Shown piece by piece: positions 10,809-24,257 of a stretch of 64,000 nt of DNA (its first letter is position 1; each line of letters starts with the position of its first letter). Source of the stretch: Escherichia coli (lineage in GTDB: Bacteria > Pseudomonadota > Gammaproteobacteria > Enterobacterales > Enterobacteriaceae). The stretch lies in the NCBI RefSeq assembly GCF_050320075.1, contig NZ_CP190018.1; one strand, written 5' to 3'. The position numbers and the translations under genes were made by a program. The notes below the pieces were generated by a model. It was not told the DNA's origin and ran no database searches. It worked only from the letters and a program-made list of their open reading frames with translations.

Positions 10809-12125
10809 TCAGTTAGTTGCCGTTTGAGAACGGAAACGGGCAAAGATAAAGATGACTGCGAAGCAGAGTGCCGGGATCAGTTCGGCAGTGGGGATGTTGC
10901 CCGCTGCATCACTGACAAACCCCATGACCGGAGTGACAATACCGCCGCCAATAATGGTCATAACGATGAAGGACGAACCGTATTTGGTGTCCTGGCCGAG
11001 ATTTTTAATGCCCAGCGAGAAGATTGTTGGGTACTGAATCGACATAAAGGCACTGCATAAAGTCAGGGCTATTAAGCCCACATGACCGCCAGCGAAGGCT
11101 GAGATCAGGCACAGTGCCATAGCGATTAATGCGTAGGCTGCCAGGACTTTGTGTGGTGCGAAGCGACTGATGAGCCAGGTACCGGTGAAACGACCAATAA
11201 AGAAGCACACCATGGTTCCGGTTAAATAGTTAGCGGCAAAGCCTGCGGTCATACCTGGAATTTCTTCTACAGCGTAGCGAATCAAATAGCTCCAGCAGGC
11301 CGTTTGCGCGCCGACATAGCAGAATTGCGCTAATACCGCCCAGCGCCAGTGACGAATACGCGCCAGACGAGAAAGCGATGCGGAGAACGATCCTTGTTTG
11401 GCGTCACTGTGATTATCACTCTGCAATGCCGGGAATTTCGTCAGCATGATCAGCAGGGCGACCAGTAACACGATAGCCACGATGATCATATAAGGTGTCT
11501 GTACCGATAATACCAGGCTGTGTTTATACGCACTCAATTGCTCTGGAGACATTTTATCGAGAACGTCTTGCGATTGATGTGGCACGTTAGACAAAATAAG
11601 ACTTTGTCCAAAGACAACCGCGATAATTGCGCCAAACGAGTTAAATGTTTGCGCAAGATTTAAGCGGAAGTGACCACTGCTTTCCGGCCCTAATACCGTA
11701 ACAAAAGGGTTTGCGGCAGTTTCCAGACAACCTAATCCGGCTGCAATAATAAATAGGCCAACTAAAAATAAGGTGTAGTTCATTATTTCTGCAGCAGGCC
11801 AGAATAATGCAGCGCCCAAGGCATATAAAAATAATCCGGTAATAATCCCTGCTTTATAACTGAGTTTTTTCATCAATATCCCAGCAGGGATTGGGATAAT
11901 GAAATAACCAAAGTAAAAGGCCGATTGGATCAGGCCAGCCTGGAAATTTGTCAGCGTAAAAGCCTGCTGGAATTGAGGTAATAAAATGTCGTTAAGGTTA
12001 TTGGCTACCGCCCAAAGAAAAAACAGTGAGCACAGCAGCGCGAATGGAATAATGTAACTTCTGCTTTGCCCTGCATCTTTATCTACCGCACGGTAACTCT
12101 GCGTTTGTATTGATGTGTTTCCCAT
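10809..12125 (-). CDS. fucP: L-fucose:H+ symporter (MFS)
   Basis: 438-aa polytopic membrane ORF recognised as FucP. Confidence 0.92.
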   Translation of the reverse strand: MGNTSIQTQSYRAVDKDAGQSRSYIIPFALLCSLFFLWAVANNLNDILLPQFQQAFTLTNFQAGLIQSAFYFGYFIIPIPAGILMKKLSYKAGIITGLFLYALGAALFWPAAEIMNYTLFLVGLFIIAAGLGCLETAANPFVTVLGPESSGHFRLNLAQTFNSFGAIIAVVFGQSLILSNVPHQSQDVLDKMSPEQLSAYKHSLVLSVQTPYMIIVAIVLLVALLIMLTKFPALQSDNHSDAKQGSFSASLSRLARIRHWRWAVLAQFCYVGAQTACWSYLIRYAVEEIPGMTAGFAANYLTGTMVCFFIGRFTGTWLISRFAPHKVLAAYALIAMALCLISAFAGGHVGLIALTLCSAFMSIQYPTIFSLGIKNLGQDTKYGSSFIVMTIIGGGIVTPVMGFVSDAAGNIPTAELIPALCFAVIFIFARFRSQTATN

Positions 12126-12671
12126 AGCATCCTCTTAGGTTCAGAAGCTTAAGCACGTAATCGGTTATGTTTTCAAAAGTGCAAAACCAGCGAGTTCGGG
12201 CTTCATATCAGTGAATATTTGCCTGTCAGAAATGAACTCATGGATTCATTTTCAAATAAAAAACGCTCTGTAATATGACGGCGGTCACACTTATTAGCTG
12301 GGAGGTGACTTTATGTGACTACCATCACTTTAATAATCGAAATTTCATGCCCGTTTCAGAAAATAAATCATAAAAAACACAAACCCGATGACCGTATTAA
12401 TTGTTTGTGCCGAAAACGGGCATTTCTGGCGAGGGGGAATGGAAAAATGACCGTTTTGATAAATATTTTTAAGAGCGGTCATTTTTAATAGGGTTATAAA
12501 AAGAGAACTTGCGGTTATTTACTATGATTAGTTGAACCAGGTCACAAAATATAAGCTTGTGAATTTCTTTCTGGTTAATCAGGAAGAAGATGGTGGGTAA
12601 TTAAACGGCTAATTCAATAGTGTGAAAGGAACAACATTATTGCCCTGTTTTGAATCAGAGAGAGGTAGCTA
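12126..12671. promoter_or_regulatory. divergent fucPIKUR / fucAO control region
   Basis: 546-bp AT-rich interval between divergently oriented fucP and fucA; individual FucR/CRP sites not mapped here. Confidence 0.6.
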
Positions 12672-13319
12672 ATGGAACGAAATAAACTTGCTCGTCAGAT
12701 TATTGACACTTGCCTGGAAATGACCCGCCTGGGACTGAACCAGGGGACAGCGGGTAACGTCAGTGTACGTTATCAGGATGGGATGCTGATTACGCCTACA
12801 GGTATTCCATATGAAAAACTGACGGAGTCGCATATTGTCTTTATTGATGGCAACGGTAAACATGAGGAAGGAAAGCTCCCCTCAAGCGAATGGCGTTTCC
12901 ATATGGCGGCCTATCAAAGCAGACCGGATGCCAACGCGGTTGTTCACAATCATGCCGTTCATTGCACGGCAGTTTCCATTCTTAACCGACCAATCCCCGC
13001 TATTCACTACATGATTGCGGCGGCTGGCGGTAATTCTATTCCTTGCGCGCCTTATGCGACCTTTGGAACACGTGAACTTTCTGAACATGTTGCGCTGGCT
13101 CTCAAAAATCGTAAGGCAACTTTGTTACAACATCATGGGCTTATCGCTTGTGAGGTGAATCTGGAAAAAGCGTTATGGCTGGCGCATGAAGTTGAAGTGC
13201 TGGCGCAACTTTACCTGACGACCCTGGCGATTACGGACCCGGTGCCAGTGCTGAGCGATGAAGAGATTGCCGTAGTGCTGGAGAAATTCAAAACCTATGG
13301 GTTACGGATTGAAGAGTAA
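12672..13319 (+). CDS. fucA: L-fuculose-phosphate aldolase (class II)
   Basis: 215-aa ORF recognised as FucA. Confidence 0.93.
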   Translation: MERNKLARQIIDTCLEMTRLGLNQGTAGNVSVRYQDGMLITPTGIPYEKLTESHIVFIDGNGKHEEGKLPSSEWRFHMAAYQSRPDANAVVHNHAVHCTAVSILNRPIPAIHYMIAAAGGNSIPCAPYATFGTRELSEHVALALKNRKATLLQHHGLIACEVNLEKALWLAHEVEVLAQLYLTTLAITDPVPVLSDEEIAVVLEKFKTYGLRIEE

Positions 13320-13343
13320 TTTCGTAAAGCAACAAGGAGAAGG

Positions 13344-14495
13344 ATGATGGCTAACAGAATGATTCTGAACGAAACGGCATGGTTTGGTCGGGGTGCTGTT
13401 GGGGCTTTAACCGATGAGGTGAAACGCCGTGGTTATCAGAAGGCGCTGATCGTCACCGATAAAACGCTGGTGCAATGCGGCGTGGTGGCAAAAGTGACCG
13501 ATAAGATGGATGCTGCAGGGCTGGCATGGGCGATTTACGACGGCGTAGTGCCCAACCCAACAATTACTGTCGTCAAAGAAGGGCTCGGTGTATTCCAGAA
13601 TAGCGGCGCGGATTACCTGATCGCTATTGGTGGTGGTTCTCCACAGGATACTTGTAAAGCGATTGGCATTATCAGCAACAACCCGGAGTTTGCCGATGTG
13701 CGTAGCCTGGAAGGACTTTCCCCGACCAATAAACCCAGTGTACCGATTCTGGCAATCCCCACCACAGCAGGCACTGCGGCAGAAGTGACCATTAACTACG
13801 TGATCACTGACGAAGAAAAACGGCGCAAGTTTGTTTGCGTTGATCCGCATGATATCCCGCAGGTGGCGTTTATTGACGCTGACATGATGGATGGTATGCC
13901 TCCAGCGCTGAAAGCTGCGACGGGTGTCGATGCGCTCACTCATGCTATTGAGGGGTATATTACCCGTGGCGCGTGGGCGCTAACCGATGCACTGCACATT
14001 AAAGCGATTGAAATCATTGCTGGGGCGCTGCGAGGATCGGTTGCTGGTGATAAGGATGCCGGAGAAGAAATGGCGCTCGGGCAGTATGTTGCGGGTATGG
14101 GCTTCTCGAATGTTGGGTTAGGGTTGGTGCATGGTATGGCGCATCCACTGGGCGCGTTTTATAACACTCCACACGGTGTCGCGAACGCCATCCTGTTACC
14201 GCATGTCATGCGCTATAACGCTGACTTTACCGGTGAGAAGTACCGCGATATCGCGCGCGTTATGGGCGTGAAAGTGGAAGGTATGAGCCTGGAAGAGGCG
14301 CGTAATGCCGCTGTTGAAGCTGTGTTTGCTCTCAACCGTGATGTCGGTATTCCGCCACATTTGCGTGATGTTGGGGTACGCAAGGAAGACATTCCGGCAC
14401 TGGCGCAGGCGGCACTGGATGATGTTTGTACCGGTGGCAACCCGCGTGAAGCAACGCTTGAGGATATTGTAGAGCTTTACCATACCGCCTGGTAA
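13344..14495 (+). CDS. fucO: L-1,2-propanediol oxidoreductase / lactaldehyde reductase (iron-dependent ADH)
   Basis: 383-aa ORF (MMANRMILNE...) recognised as FucO; true start may be the second ATG at 13347. Confidence 0.92.
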   Translation: MMANRMILNETAWFGRGAVGALTDEVKRRGYQKALIVTDKTLVQCGVVAKVTDKMDAAGLAWAIYDGVVPNPTITVVKEGLGVFQNSGADYLIAIGGGSPQDTCKAIGIISNNPEFADVRSLEGLSPTNKPSVPILAIPTTAGTAAEVTINYVITDEEKRRKFVCVDPHDIPQVAFIDADMMDGMPPALKAATGVDALTHAIEGYITRGAWALTDALHIKAIEIIAGALRGSVAGDKDAGEEMALGQYVAGMGFSNVGLGLVHGMAHPLGAFYNTPHGVANAILLPHVMRYNADFTGEKYRDIARVMGVKVEGMSLEEARNAAVEAVFALNRDVGIPPHLRDVGVRKEDIPALAQAALDDVCTGGNPREATLEDIVELYHTAW

Positions 14496-14513
14496 ATGCG
14501 CTGATGTGATAAT

Positions 14514-14543
14514 GCCGGATGCGACGTTTGCGCCGTATCCGGC
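14514..14543. repeat. REP / palindromic unit between convergent fucO and xni
   Basis: GCCGGATGCGACGTTTGCGCCGTATCCGGC imperfect palindrome. Confidence 0.6.
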
Positions 14544-14549
14544 ACGCCG

Positions 14550-16783
<2,234 letters not shown>

Positions 16784-16840
16784 AGGAAATACATCGCGTT
16801 AAAACGGAGGAAGCGCCGCCCGAAAGCGGCGCGAAAGGAC

Positions 16841-18130
16841 TTAGTTGAACAGAGAGTAGAAGATTGCGGAGATTGCAATCAGACCCATCACGACAACGAA
16901 TACGTTGCTGATGTGACCGCTGTACTTACGCATTGCCGGTACTTTCTGAATTGCGTACATCGGCATCAGGAACAGGATCATCGCGATGATTGGGCCGCCC
17001 AGGGTTTCAATCATACCCAGGATGCTCGGGTTCAGGGTGGCAACAATCCAGGTCGTTACCAGCATGAACAGCGCAGTGATACGGTTCAGCTTGTTGATTT
17101 CGATAGACTTACCTTTACCACGCAGAGATTTAATCACCATACCGTTGAAGCCTTCACGTGCGCCCAGGTAGTGGCCGAGGAAGGATTTGGTGATAGCGAT
17201 AATCGCGATAATCGGAGCCATCCACGCGATAACCGGTGCGTTAAAGTGGTTAGCCAGGTAAGACAGAATCGAGATGTTCTGCTCTTTAGCCGCAGCCAGG
17301 TCTGCCGGAGTCAGGCTCAGTACGCAGCTGAAGACGAAGAACATTACGGTCAGCACCATCATGATGTGTGCGAATGCCAGGATCTTCGAACATTTCTGTT
17401 CTGCCATATCGCCGTACTCTTCACGCTTCGCAACGGCGAAAGAAGAGATGATCGGAGAGTGGTTGAACGAGAACACCATTACCGGAATTGCCAGCCACAG
17501 GGTCATCCACAGACCGTTTCCGGTTGCCGATGCAGTGTCCAGAGACAGCGTTTCCAGTGCTGCGCCGTTCCACTGCGGGATCAGGTACAGAGCCAGCAGC
17601 ATCAGTACGCCAACAAACGGGAATACCAGAATACTCATCGCTTTAACGATCATCTGCTCACCGAAGCGAACGATGGTCATCATACCCACGATCAGGATCA
17701 GCGACAGAATCGCACGCGGCGGTGGTGTCATACCCAGCTGGTGAGACATGAAGCTTTCAACTGTATTGGTGATTGCCACGCTATAAACCAGCAGGATCGG
17801 GTAGATAGCGAAGAAGTAGAGCAGGGTAATCAGTTTACCTGCGCCAATACCAAAGTGTTCTTCTACAACCTCGGTGATGTCTTCGCCTGGGTTTTTACCA
17901 GACAGTACGAAGCGAGTCAGGCCGCGGTGAGCAAAAAATGTCATCGGGAACGCAAGGATAGCCATGATGATCAGCGGGATCATACCGCCAACACCGGCGT
18001 TGATTGGCAGGAACAGCACGCCCGCGCCGATTGCCGTGCCGTAAAGGCCCAGCATCCACATGGTGTCTGTCTTGCGCCAGGCACTACGAGAGTCTTTCGA
18101 CGCAATCGTGCTGGTTTGAGTCGTTTCCAT
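16841..18130 (-). CDS. sdaC: serine:H+ symporter
   Basis: 429-aa polytopic membrane ORF recognised as SdaC; upstream of sdaB on the same strand. Confidence 0.92.
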   Translation of the reverse strand: METTQTSTIASKDSRSAWRKTDTMWMLGLYGTAIGAGVLFLPINAGVGGMIPLIIMAILAFPMTFFAHRGLTRFVLSGKNPGEDITEVVEEHFGIGAGKLITLLYFFAIYPILLVYSVAITNTVESFMSHQLGMTPPPRAILSLILIVGMMTIVRFGEQMIVKAMSILVFPFVGVLMLLALYLIPQWNGAALETLSLDTASATGNGLWMTLWLAIPVMVFSFNHSPIISSFAVAKREEYGDMAEQKCSKILAFAHIMMVLTVMFFVFSCVLSLTPADLAAAKEQNISILSYLANHFNAPVIAWMAPIIAIIAITKSFLGHYLGAREGFNGMVIKSLRGKGKSIEINKLNRITALFMLVTTWIVATLNPSILGMIETLGGPIIAMILFLMPMYAIQKVPAMRKYSGHISNVFVVVMGLIAISAIFYSLFN

Positions 18131-18685
18131 CTATTTCTCCTGGAGGAATGCAAATAATTCAGCTTTTAGCCAGTTCAGCCCGGGAAGGTGCCTGACCGTA
18201 AAAATGAAATCTGTCTATCGGCGATGGCTTAATCATTTACCGCCGTAATAATTTGAGGGCGGAAAGATACACACAAGTTATGTATCTATCAGTGATCTTG
18301 ATCCCAAATACAATAATCTACTTGGAAGATAGATTATCCCAACGCTTTACTCTGTAAATCAAAAGTAAAAGAGAATTTAAGGGCAATATTTGCCCATTAA
18401 ACGACATCTGACTTCTTCCGGGGCGCGCAATATATGTAGGTTGAACTGAAAAAATCAATACTTTTAGTTAATCATGGCGATAATTTCTTTTTCGTAGCGA
18501 TAAAATGTGGTTTATGAAAATAGGGAAACGTTTGCGTTACGACATAAATTGTATGACATATTAACTGTAATGATATTTATCGCGTGAGGGTGGTAAGAAA
18601 CATTCATATAACAAATGAAATAAATTGATGGGTATGTGACCAAAAACGAGAAAACCCGGCAACAAACGTCACCGGGGGAGGGAGA
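18131..18685 (-). promoter_or_regulatory. long AT-rich sdaCB upstream / leader region
   Basis: 555-bp non-coding AT-rich interval upstream of sdaC with no ORF of 60 aa or more. Confidence 0.4.
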
Positions 18686-20050
18686 TTACGTGCAGATTTC
18701 GTAGCAAGGGATGTAGGCTGAGCCTGGCAACTTCATACGATGCTGGGCAACAAAACCCTGTAGCAGGTCATCCATACGACGCATAATCTCTTTATCGCCG
18801 TTGATTTTATAAGGACCAAACTCTTCAATGGCGCGAATACCGACTTCTTTTACGTTACCCGCCACAATACCGGAGAACGCACGGCGCAGGTCGGCAGCCA
18901 GCACTTCAACGGGTTGATCCGGGTAAAGCTTCAGATTAGCCATATTCTCGTGAGAGGGCTCAAACGGCATTTGCAAATCTGGCGCAATGCGCATTGACCA
19001 GTTAAAGCTGTAGGCATCGCCTGTGTCGCGGCGATTTTCTTTCACCAGCGGCATCGATTTTTTCATCTGACGAGCGACTTCAGCGGCGTCATCAATGATG
19101 ATGCGGTAATGGCGGCGCGCGTTTTCACCCAACGTATGCACGACAAACTCGTCCAGTACGCGGAAGTAGTCGGCGCTCTCTTTCGGGCCGGTGAGGATCA
19201 ATGGTAAAACCTGATCTTTGTTGGCCGGGTTCATTAAAATTCCCAGCAAATACAGCAACTCTTCTGCCGTACCCACACCGCCAGGGAAGATAATGATACC
19301 GTGAGCGATACGGACAAACGCTTCCAGACGTTTTTCGATATCCGGCATGATGATCAATTCGTTGACCAGCGGGTTAGGCGGTTCAGCGGCGATAATCGAC
19401 GGCTCTGTCATACCAATAAAACGACTGTCTTTGTAACGCTGCTGTGCGTGTCCGACCGCAGCACCTTTCATTGGCGCTTCCATCGCTCCCGGACCACAGC
19501 CGGTGCAGATATTCAGCTCACGCAGGCCCAGCTGATTCCCGACGCGACGGGCATACAAATATTCGTTTTCGTTAATTGAGTGCCCGCCCCAGCAGACCAC
19601 CATATTTGGCGCTTCACCGACATGCAGCGCACGAGCGTTACGCAAGATGGAAAAGACCAGGTTAGTGATGTGGACGGAGTTGTCGAGATTCAGGTTGGGA
19701 AAACGAACGGTGTTATGGATTTGCCCGTAAACGAAGAGAATGTCACGCAGAACCGCGAACAAGTTGGCCTGCAAAGCGCGAATAATTCGCCCATCGACAA
19801 AAGCCTCTTCCGGGGGATTAATCAGTTCCAGCTTTACGCCGCGTTCACGGCGCAGGACGTTAATATCGAAATTTTCAAAACGAGACAGCAATTCTTTGCT
19901 GTTATCGGTCAAGCTACCGGAGTTCAGTACGGCAAGTGAACAGTTGCGAAACAGTTGATAGAGGTCGCTGCTGGCGGTGCGTTTAAGCATATCCACTTCC
20001 AGCTGCGACAACATATCCATGGAGCCAAGCGGGCTAATATGTGTAATCAA
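18686..20050 (-). CDS. ppnN: pyrimidine/purine nucleotide 5'-monophosphate nucleosidase (LOG family)
   Basis: 454-aa ORF recognised as PpnN (YgdH); LOG-type PGGxGTxEE motif ([10 protein letters not shown]). Confidence 0.88.
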
Positions 20051-20161
20051 GAAAAACTCCTTATGGGACGAATATCGTCATTCCCTTTGATTACAATAGC
20101 CCTGCCTGATGACCTTTCACAACCTTCTGCGTGAATCCAGCACGCAAAATTGAGAAAAAAT

Positions 20162-21010
20162 TTATTGCCGAACCAGTCTTGTGGTCGATGGGACAAAATC
20201 GCTATTACTGCGCCACGGGTTAATGTCCAGACCGCCACGACGGGTATAACGTGCGTAAACGCTCAATTTCTCTGGCTGGCAGAAGCGTAACAGGTCATTA
20301 AAGATGCGTTCCACGCACTGTTCGTGGAACTCGTTGTGATGGCGGAAAGAAACCAGGTAACGCAGCAGTTTTTCTCTGTCAATTTGGCGTCCACGATACT
20401 GAATTTGGATCGAACCCCAATCTGGTTGATGGGTGATCAGGCAGTTTGATTTCAGCAGGTGGCTGACAAGCGTCTCTTCCACTACTTTTTCACCACTGGT
20501 GGCATTCTCCAGATAGTCAGTAGTGAATTCATAGTTATCGATAGTGATATCCTGGTCATCAATGCAAGTGCCATTGAAATGACCTATCGGTTGGCCTTCC
20601 AGTTCATCAAGACGATATAACGCCACGCTAACCTTACCCTGAGCGCAGGTGCTTAAGTCGCGCTCCAGCGTCTGGCGCACCTCATCCCAGTTATTAAAAC
20701 GCGTCTGGTTAAAACTGTTGAGATAGAGCTTAAAACTCTTCGACTCAATCAGATTTGCGCTGGTGTAATCAAGTTCAACATGACCGACGGCGACCTGCGG
20801 CAAACCTTTCGCATTCAGCCAGGAAAGTTCATATAGCGTCCAGATATCCGTACCGTGAAAAGGCAGGTTATCCGCTTTCAGACCCAGCGGATCGCGATTC
20901 AGACTACGCGGAACGCCTTGCAGTAGGCTGGCGTCATAGGTATCCCGGTAATCGGTTGATTTTCCAAGAGTCAGGCCCGCAAGTGCCTGATGGTTTGCAT
21001 AAGAAGACAT
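20162..21010 (-). CDS. queF: NADPH-dependent 7-cyano-7-deazaguanine reductase (queuosine biosynthesis)
   Basis: 282-aa ORF recognised as QueF (YqcD). Confidence 0.9.
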
Positions 21011-21077
21011 GTTTCACCGTCATAAACCAGATAAACTAAACGACAAGTGTATCTGGTTTAAGTGAAGAGAGAAATTA

Positions 21078-21623
21078 GTGGACGATTTGACCGCACAAGC
21101 CCTGAAAGATTTTACTGCACGCTACTGCGATGCGTGGCATGAAGAGCATAAAAGCTGGCCGTTGAGTGAGGAACTGTACGGCGTTCCTTCACCGTGCATT
21201 ATTTCAACCACCGAAGACGCCGTATACTGGCAACCCCAGCCGTTTACCGGGGAACAAAATGTAAACGCGGTTGAACGCGCTTTTGATATTGTGATACAAC
21301 CCACAATTCATACCTTTTATACGACTCAGTTTGCCGGGGATATGCACGCGCAGTTTGGCGATATTAAACTGACATTGCTGCAAACCTGGAGTGAAGACGA
21401 CTTCCGTCGGGTGCAGGAAAATCTGATTGGTCATCTGGTGACTCAGAAAAGGCTAAAATTGCCGCCCACGCTATTTATCGCGACGCTGGAAGAAGAGTTA
21501 GAGGTGATCTCGGTGTGTAATCTCTCCGGTGAAGTGTGTAAAGAGACGCTGGGAACACGTAAACGGGCGCATTTAGCCTCAAATCTTGCGGAATTCCTTA
21601 ATCAACTTAAGCCTCTTCTGTAA
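21078..21623 (+). CDS. syd: SecY-interacting protein Syd
   Basis: 181-aa ORF recognised as Syd. Confidence 0.9.
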   Translation: MDDLTAQALKDFTARYCDAWHEEHKSWPLSEELYGVPSPCIISTTEDAVYWQPQPFTGEQNVNAVERAFDIVIQPTIHTFYTTQFAGDMHAQFGDIKLTLLQTWSEDDFRRVQENLIGHLVTQKRLKLPPTLFIATLEEELEVISVCNLSGEVCKETLGTRKRAHLASNLAEFLNQLKPLL

Positions 21624-21833
21624 TCCAAATACCCCATCTGGTTGTGAGAGATCTCTTACAGACTCTGTAGGAGATCGCCAGGAAATAAGCGATTACTTAA
21701 AAAGATAAGAATCGTTATTTTCATTTAAAATCAATATATTGCTTGTAAATCCTTAACTTTCATATGAAATTTTCCTTAAGGCATTGTCTGTAAGCGCCTT
21801 GTAAGACTTCGCGAAAAAGACGATTCTATCTTC

Positions 21834-22200
21834 GTCGACAGGGAGTCAGACAACGAAGTGAACATCAGGATGATGACACTTCTGAAGGACACACCAGGAT
21901 GGTGTTTCAGGGAAAGGCTTCTGGATGAAGCGAAGAGGATGACGCAGGACGCGTTAAAGGACACCTCCAGGATGGAGAATGAGAACCGGTCAGGATGATT
22001 CGGTGGGTCAGGAAGGCCAGGGACACTTCAGGATGAAGTATCACATCGGGGTGGTGTGAGCAGGAAGCAATAGTTCAGGATGAACGATTGGCCGCAAGGC
22101 CAGAGGAAAAGTTGTCAAGGATGAGCAGGGAGCAACAAAAGTAGCTGGAATGCTGCGAAACGAACCGGGAGCACTGTGAATACAGTGCTCCCTTTTTTTA
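21834..22200 (+). ncRNA. csrB: CsrB sRNA (CsrA-sequestering)
   Basis: About 365 nt with reiterated CAGGATG/AGGATG/AGGA motifs (at least 8 exact AGGATG plus many GGA variants); ends in intrinsic terminator GGGAGCACTGTGAATACAGTGCTCCC plus T7 (22163-22199); 5' end approximate. Confidence 0.9.
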
Positions 22201-22244
22201 TTCCTGCTATCCTTCGCGGCAGTTTTTCTTATTGAGGTTGCTTT

Positions 22245-22574
22245 ATGACCACTCATGACCGCGTTCGTCTCCAGCTGCAGGCGCTTGAAGCATTACTGCG
22301 TGAACATCAGCACTGGCAAAACGATGAACCCCAGCCGCATCAATTTAACAGTACCCAACCGTTCTTTATGGACACCATGGAACCACTGGAGTGGTTGCAG
22401 TGGGTGCTGATCCCGCGAATGCACGATTTGTTAGAAAACAACCAGCCGTTACCGGGCGCTTTTGCCGTTGCTCCCTATTATGAAATGGCGCTGGCGACGG
22501 ACCACCCGCAACGCGCGCTTATTCTGGCTGAGCTGGAAAAACTGGATGCTCTTTTTGCGGATGATGCGAGCTAA
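22245..22574 (+). CDS. yqcC: DUF446 family protein
   Basis: 109-aa ORF recognised as YqcC; stop overlaps truC start. Confidence 0.85.
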   Translation: MTTHDRVRLQLQALEALLREHQHWQNDEPQPHQFNSTQPFFMDTMEPLEWLQWVLIPRMHDLLENNQPLPGAFAVAPYYEMALATDHPQRALILAELEKLDALFADDAS

Positions 22575-23356
22575 TGCTGGAAATACTCTATCAGGATGAA
22601 TGGCTGGTTGCGGTAAATAAACCCTCCGGCTGGCTGGTTCACCGTAGCTGGCTGGATCGCGACGAGAAAGTAGTGGTCATGCAAACCGTGCGTGACCAGA
22701 TAGGCCAGCATGTGTTTACTGCTCATCGTCTGGACCGACCCACTTCTGGTGTGTTGTTGATGGGATTATCCAGCGAGGCCGGACGGCTGCTGGCACAACA
22801 GTTTGAACAGCACCAAATCCAGAAACGTTACCATGCGATTGTGCGCGGCTGGTTGATGGAAGAAGCAGTTCTGGATTATCCACTGGTGGAAGAACTGGAC
22901 AAAATCGCTGATAAATTTGCCCGCGAAGATAAAGGCCCACAGCCAGCAGTGACGCATTATCGCGGTCTGGCGACCGTAGAAATGCCGGTAGCGACCGGAC
23001 GTTACCCGACCACGCGCTACGGCCTGGTGGAACTGGAGCCGAAAACCGGACGTAAGCACCAGCTCCGTCGCCATCTTGCCCATTTGCGCCACCCGATTAT
23101 TGGCGACAGCAAACATGGTGATTTACGCCAGAATCGCAGCGGTGCTGAACATTTTGGCCTTCAGCGGTTAATGCTGCATGCCAGTCAGTTGTCATTGACG
23201 CATCCTTTTACTGGCGAGCCGTTGACTATTCACGCGGGCCTGGACGACACCTGGATGCAGGCGTTATCACAATTTGGCTGGCGGGGTCTGCTTCCTGAAA
23301 ATGAAAGGGTTGAGTTCAGTGCGCCATCGGGTCAGGATGGAGAGATAAGTTCCTAA
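22574..23356 (+). CDS. truC: tRNA pseudouridine(65) synthase
   Basis: 260-aa ORF with RluA-family catalytic motif ([13 protein letters not shown]). Confidence 0.9.
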   Translation: MLEILYQDEWLVAVNKPSGWLVHRSWLDRDEKVVVMQTVRDQIGQHVFTAHRLDRPTSGVLLMGLSSEAGRLLAQQFEQHQIQKRYHAIVRGWLMEEAVLDYPLVEELDKIADKFAREDKGPQPAVTHYRGLATVEMPVATGRYPTTRYGLVELEPKTGRKHQLRRHLAHLRHPIIGDSKHGDLRQNRSGAEHFGLQRLMLHASQLSLTHPFTGEPLTIHAGLDDTWMQALSQFGWRGLLPENERVEFSAPSGQDGEISS

Positions 23357-23373
23357 TCCAGGGAGAAAACGGT

Positions 23374-23823
23374 ATGGCGGAAATTGGTATTTTTGTCGGC
23401 ACTATGTACGGAAATTCGCTGTTAGTGGCGGAAGAAGCGGAAGCAATTCTGACCGCGCAGGGCCACAAAGCAACGGTATTTGAAGATCCTGAATTAAGCG
23501 ACTGGCTGCCCTATCAGGATAAGTATGTTCTGGTGGTTACGTCCACGACCGGGCAGGGCGACCTTCCTGATAGCATTGTGCCGCTCTTTCAGGGAATCAA
23601 AGATACCCTGGGCTTCCAGCCGAATCTGCGTTATGGCGTGATTGCGCTCGGCGACAGTAGTTATGTGAATTTCTGCAATGGTGGCAAACAGTTCGATGCC
23701 TTGTTGCAGGAACAGAGCGCTCAGCGGGTTGGCGAAATGCTGTTGATTGACGCCAGTGAGAACCCGGAACCGGAAACGGAATCAAATCCGTGGGTCGAAC
23801 ATTGGGGCACGCTGCTGTCCTGA
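23374..23823 (+). CDS. yqcA: flavodoxin-like FMN-binding protein
   Basis: 149-aa ORF recognised as YqcA; flavodoxin fold motifs. Confidence 0.88.
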   Translation: MAEIGIFVGTMYGNSLLVAEEAEAILTAQGHKATVFEDPELSDWLPYQDKYVLVVTSTTGQGDLPDSIVPLFQGIKDTLGFQPNLRYGVIALGDSSYVNFCNGGKQFDALLQEQSAQRVGEMLLIDASENPEPETESNPWVEHWGTLLS

Positions 23824-24257
23824 TACGTTCAGCGAGCGGTAAATGCCGTTTTAGCGGTGCTGAATCGAATCTTTTCAGGCAAATGCCAGTAAAAACTGCT
23901 TCATAGCGCGGATTTTTACTGGCGTTTGCCTGGAGTCAAGCGATCCATTTCATACTCTTCTTTATTTCTTCGTTTTAACCCTTCCTTTCTTGTTCTTGTT
24001 TTCATTTCCGTGAAGTGGATTCCACCGTCCAGGGCTAATGCCAAAATCGGGCCTCATTGAACGCATTAATGTTGTGTTGTTGCACGGTGAGCCGCTATGG
24101 CGCGCTTTTTATACTGCTATTGCCAGATATAAACACGCGCCGTATTCGGCGAACGACCTATAAAAACGGCAAAAAACACCCTACGTCACCTCTGATTTCC
24201 TGGCGATGTCGCAGTCCAGAGTGAGCGTGGCTAACGCGAATTTTCAGGAGTGCAACA

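Noticed and set aside
16784-16840. GCGCCGC-ccgaaa-GCGGCGC hairpin between sdaC and sdaB as a terminator
   Set aside because: It lies between two co-oriented, functionally linked genes and lacks a U-tract; more likely an mRNA structural element or coincidental palindrome.
21776-22256. Two minus-strand ORFs of 62 and 71 aa between syd and yqcC
   Set aside because: They overlap the CsrB sRNA, whose GGA-motif repeats and terminator explain the region.
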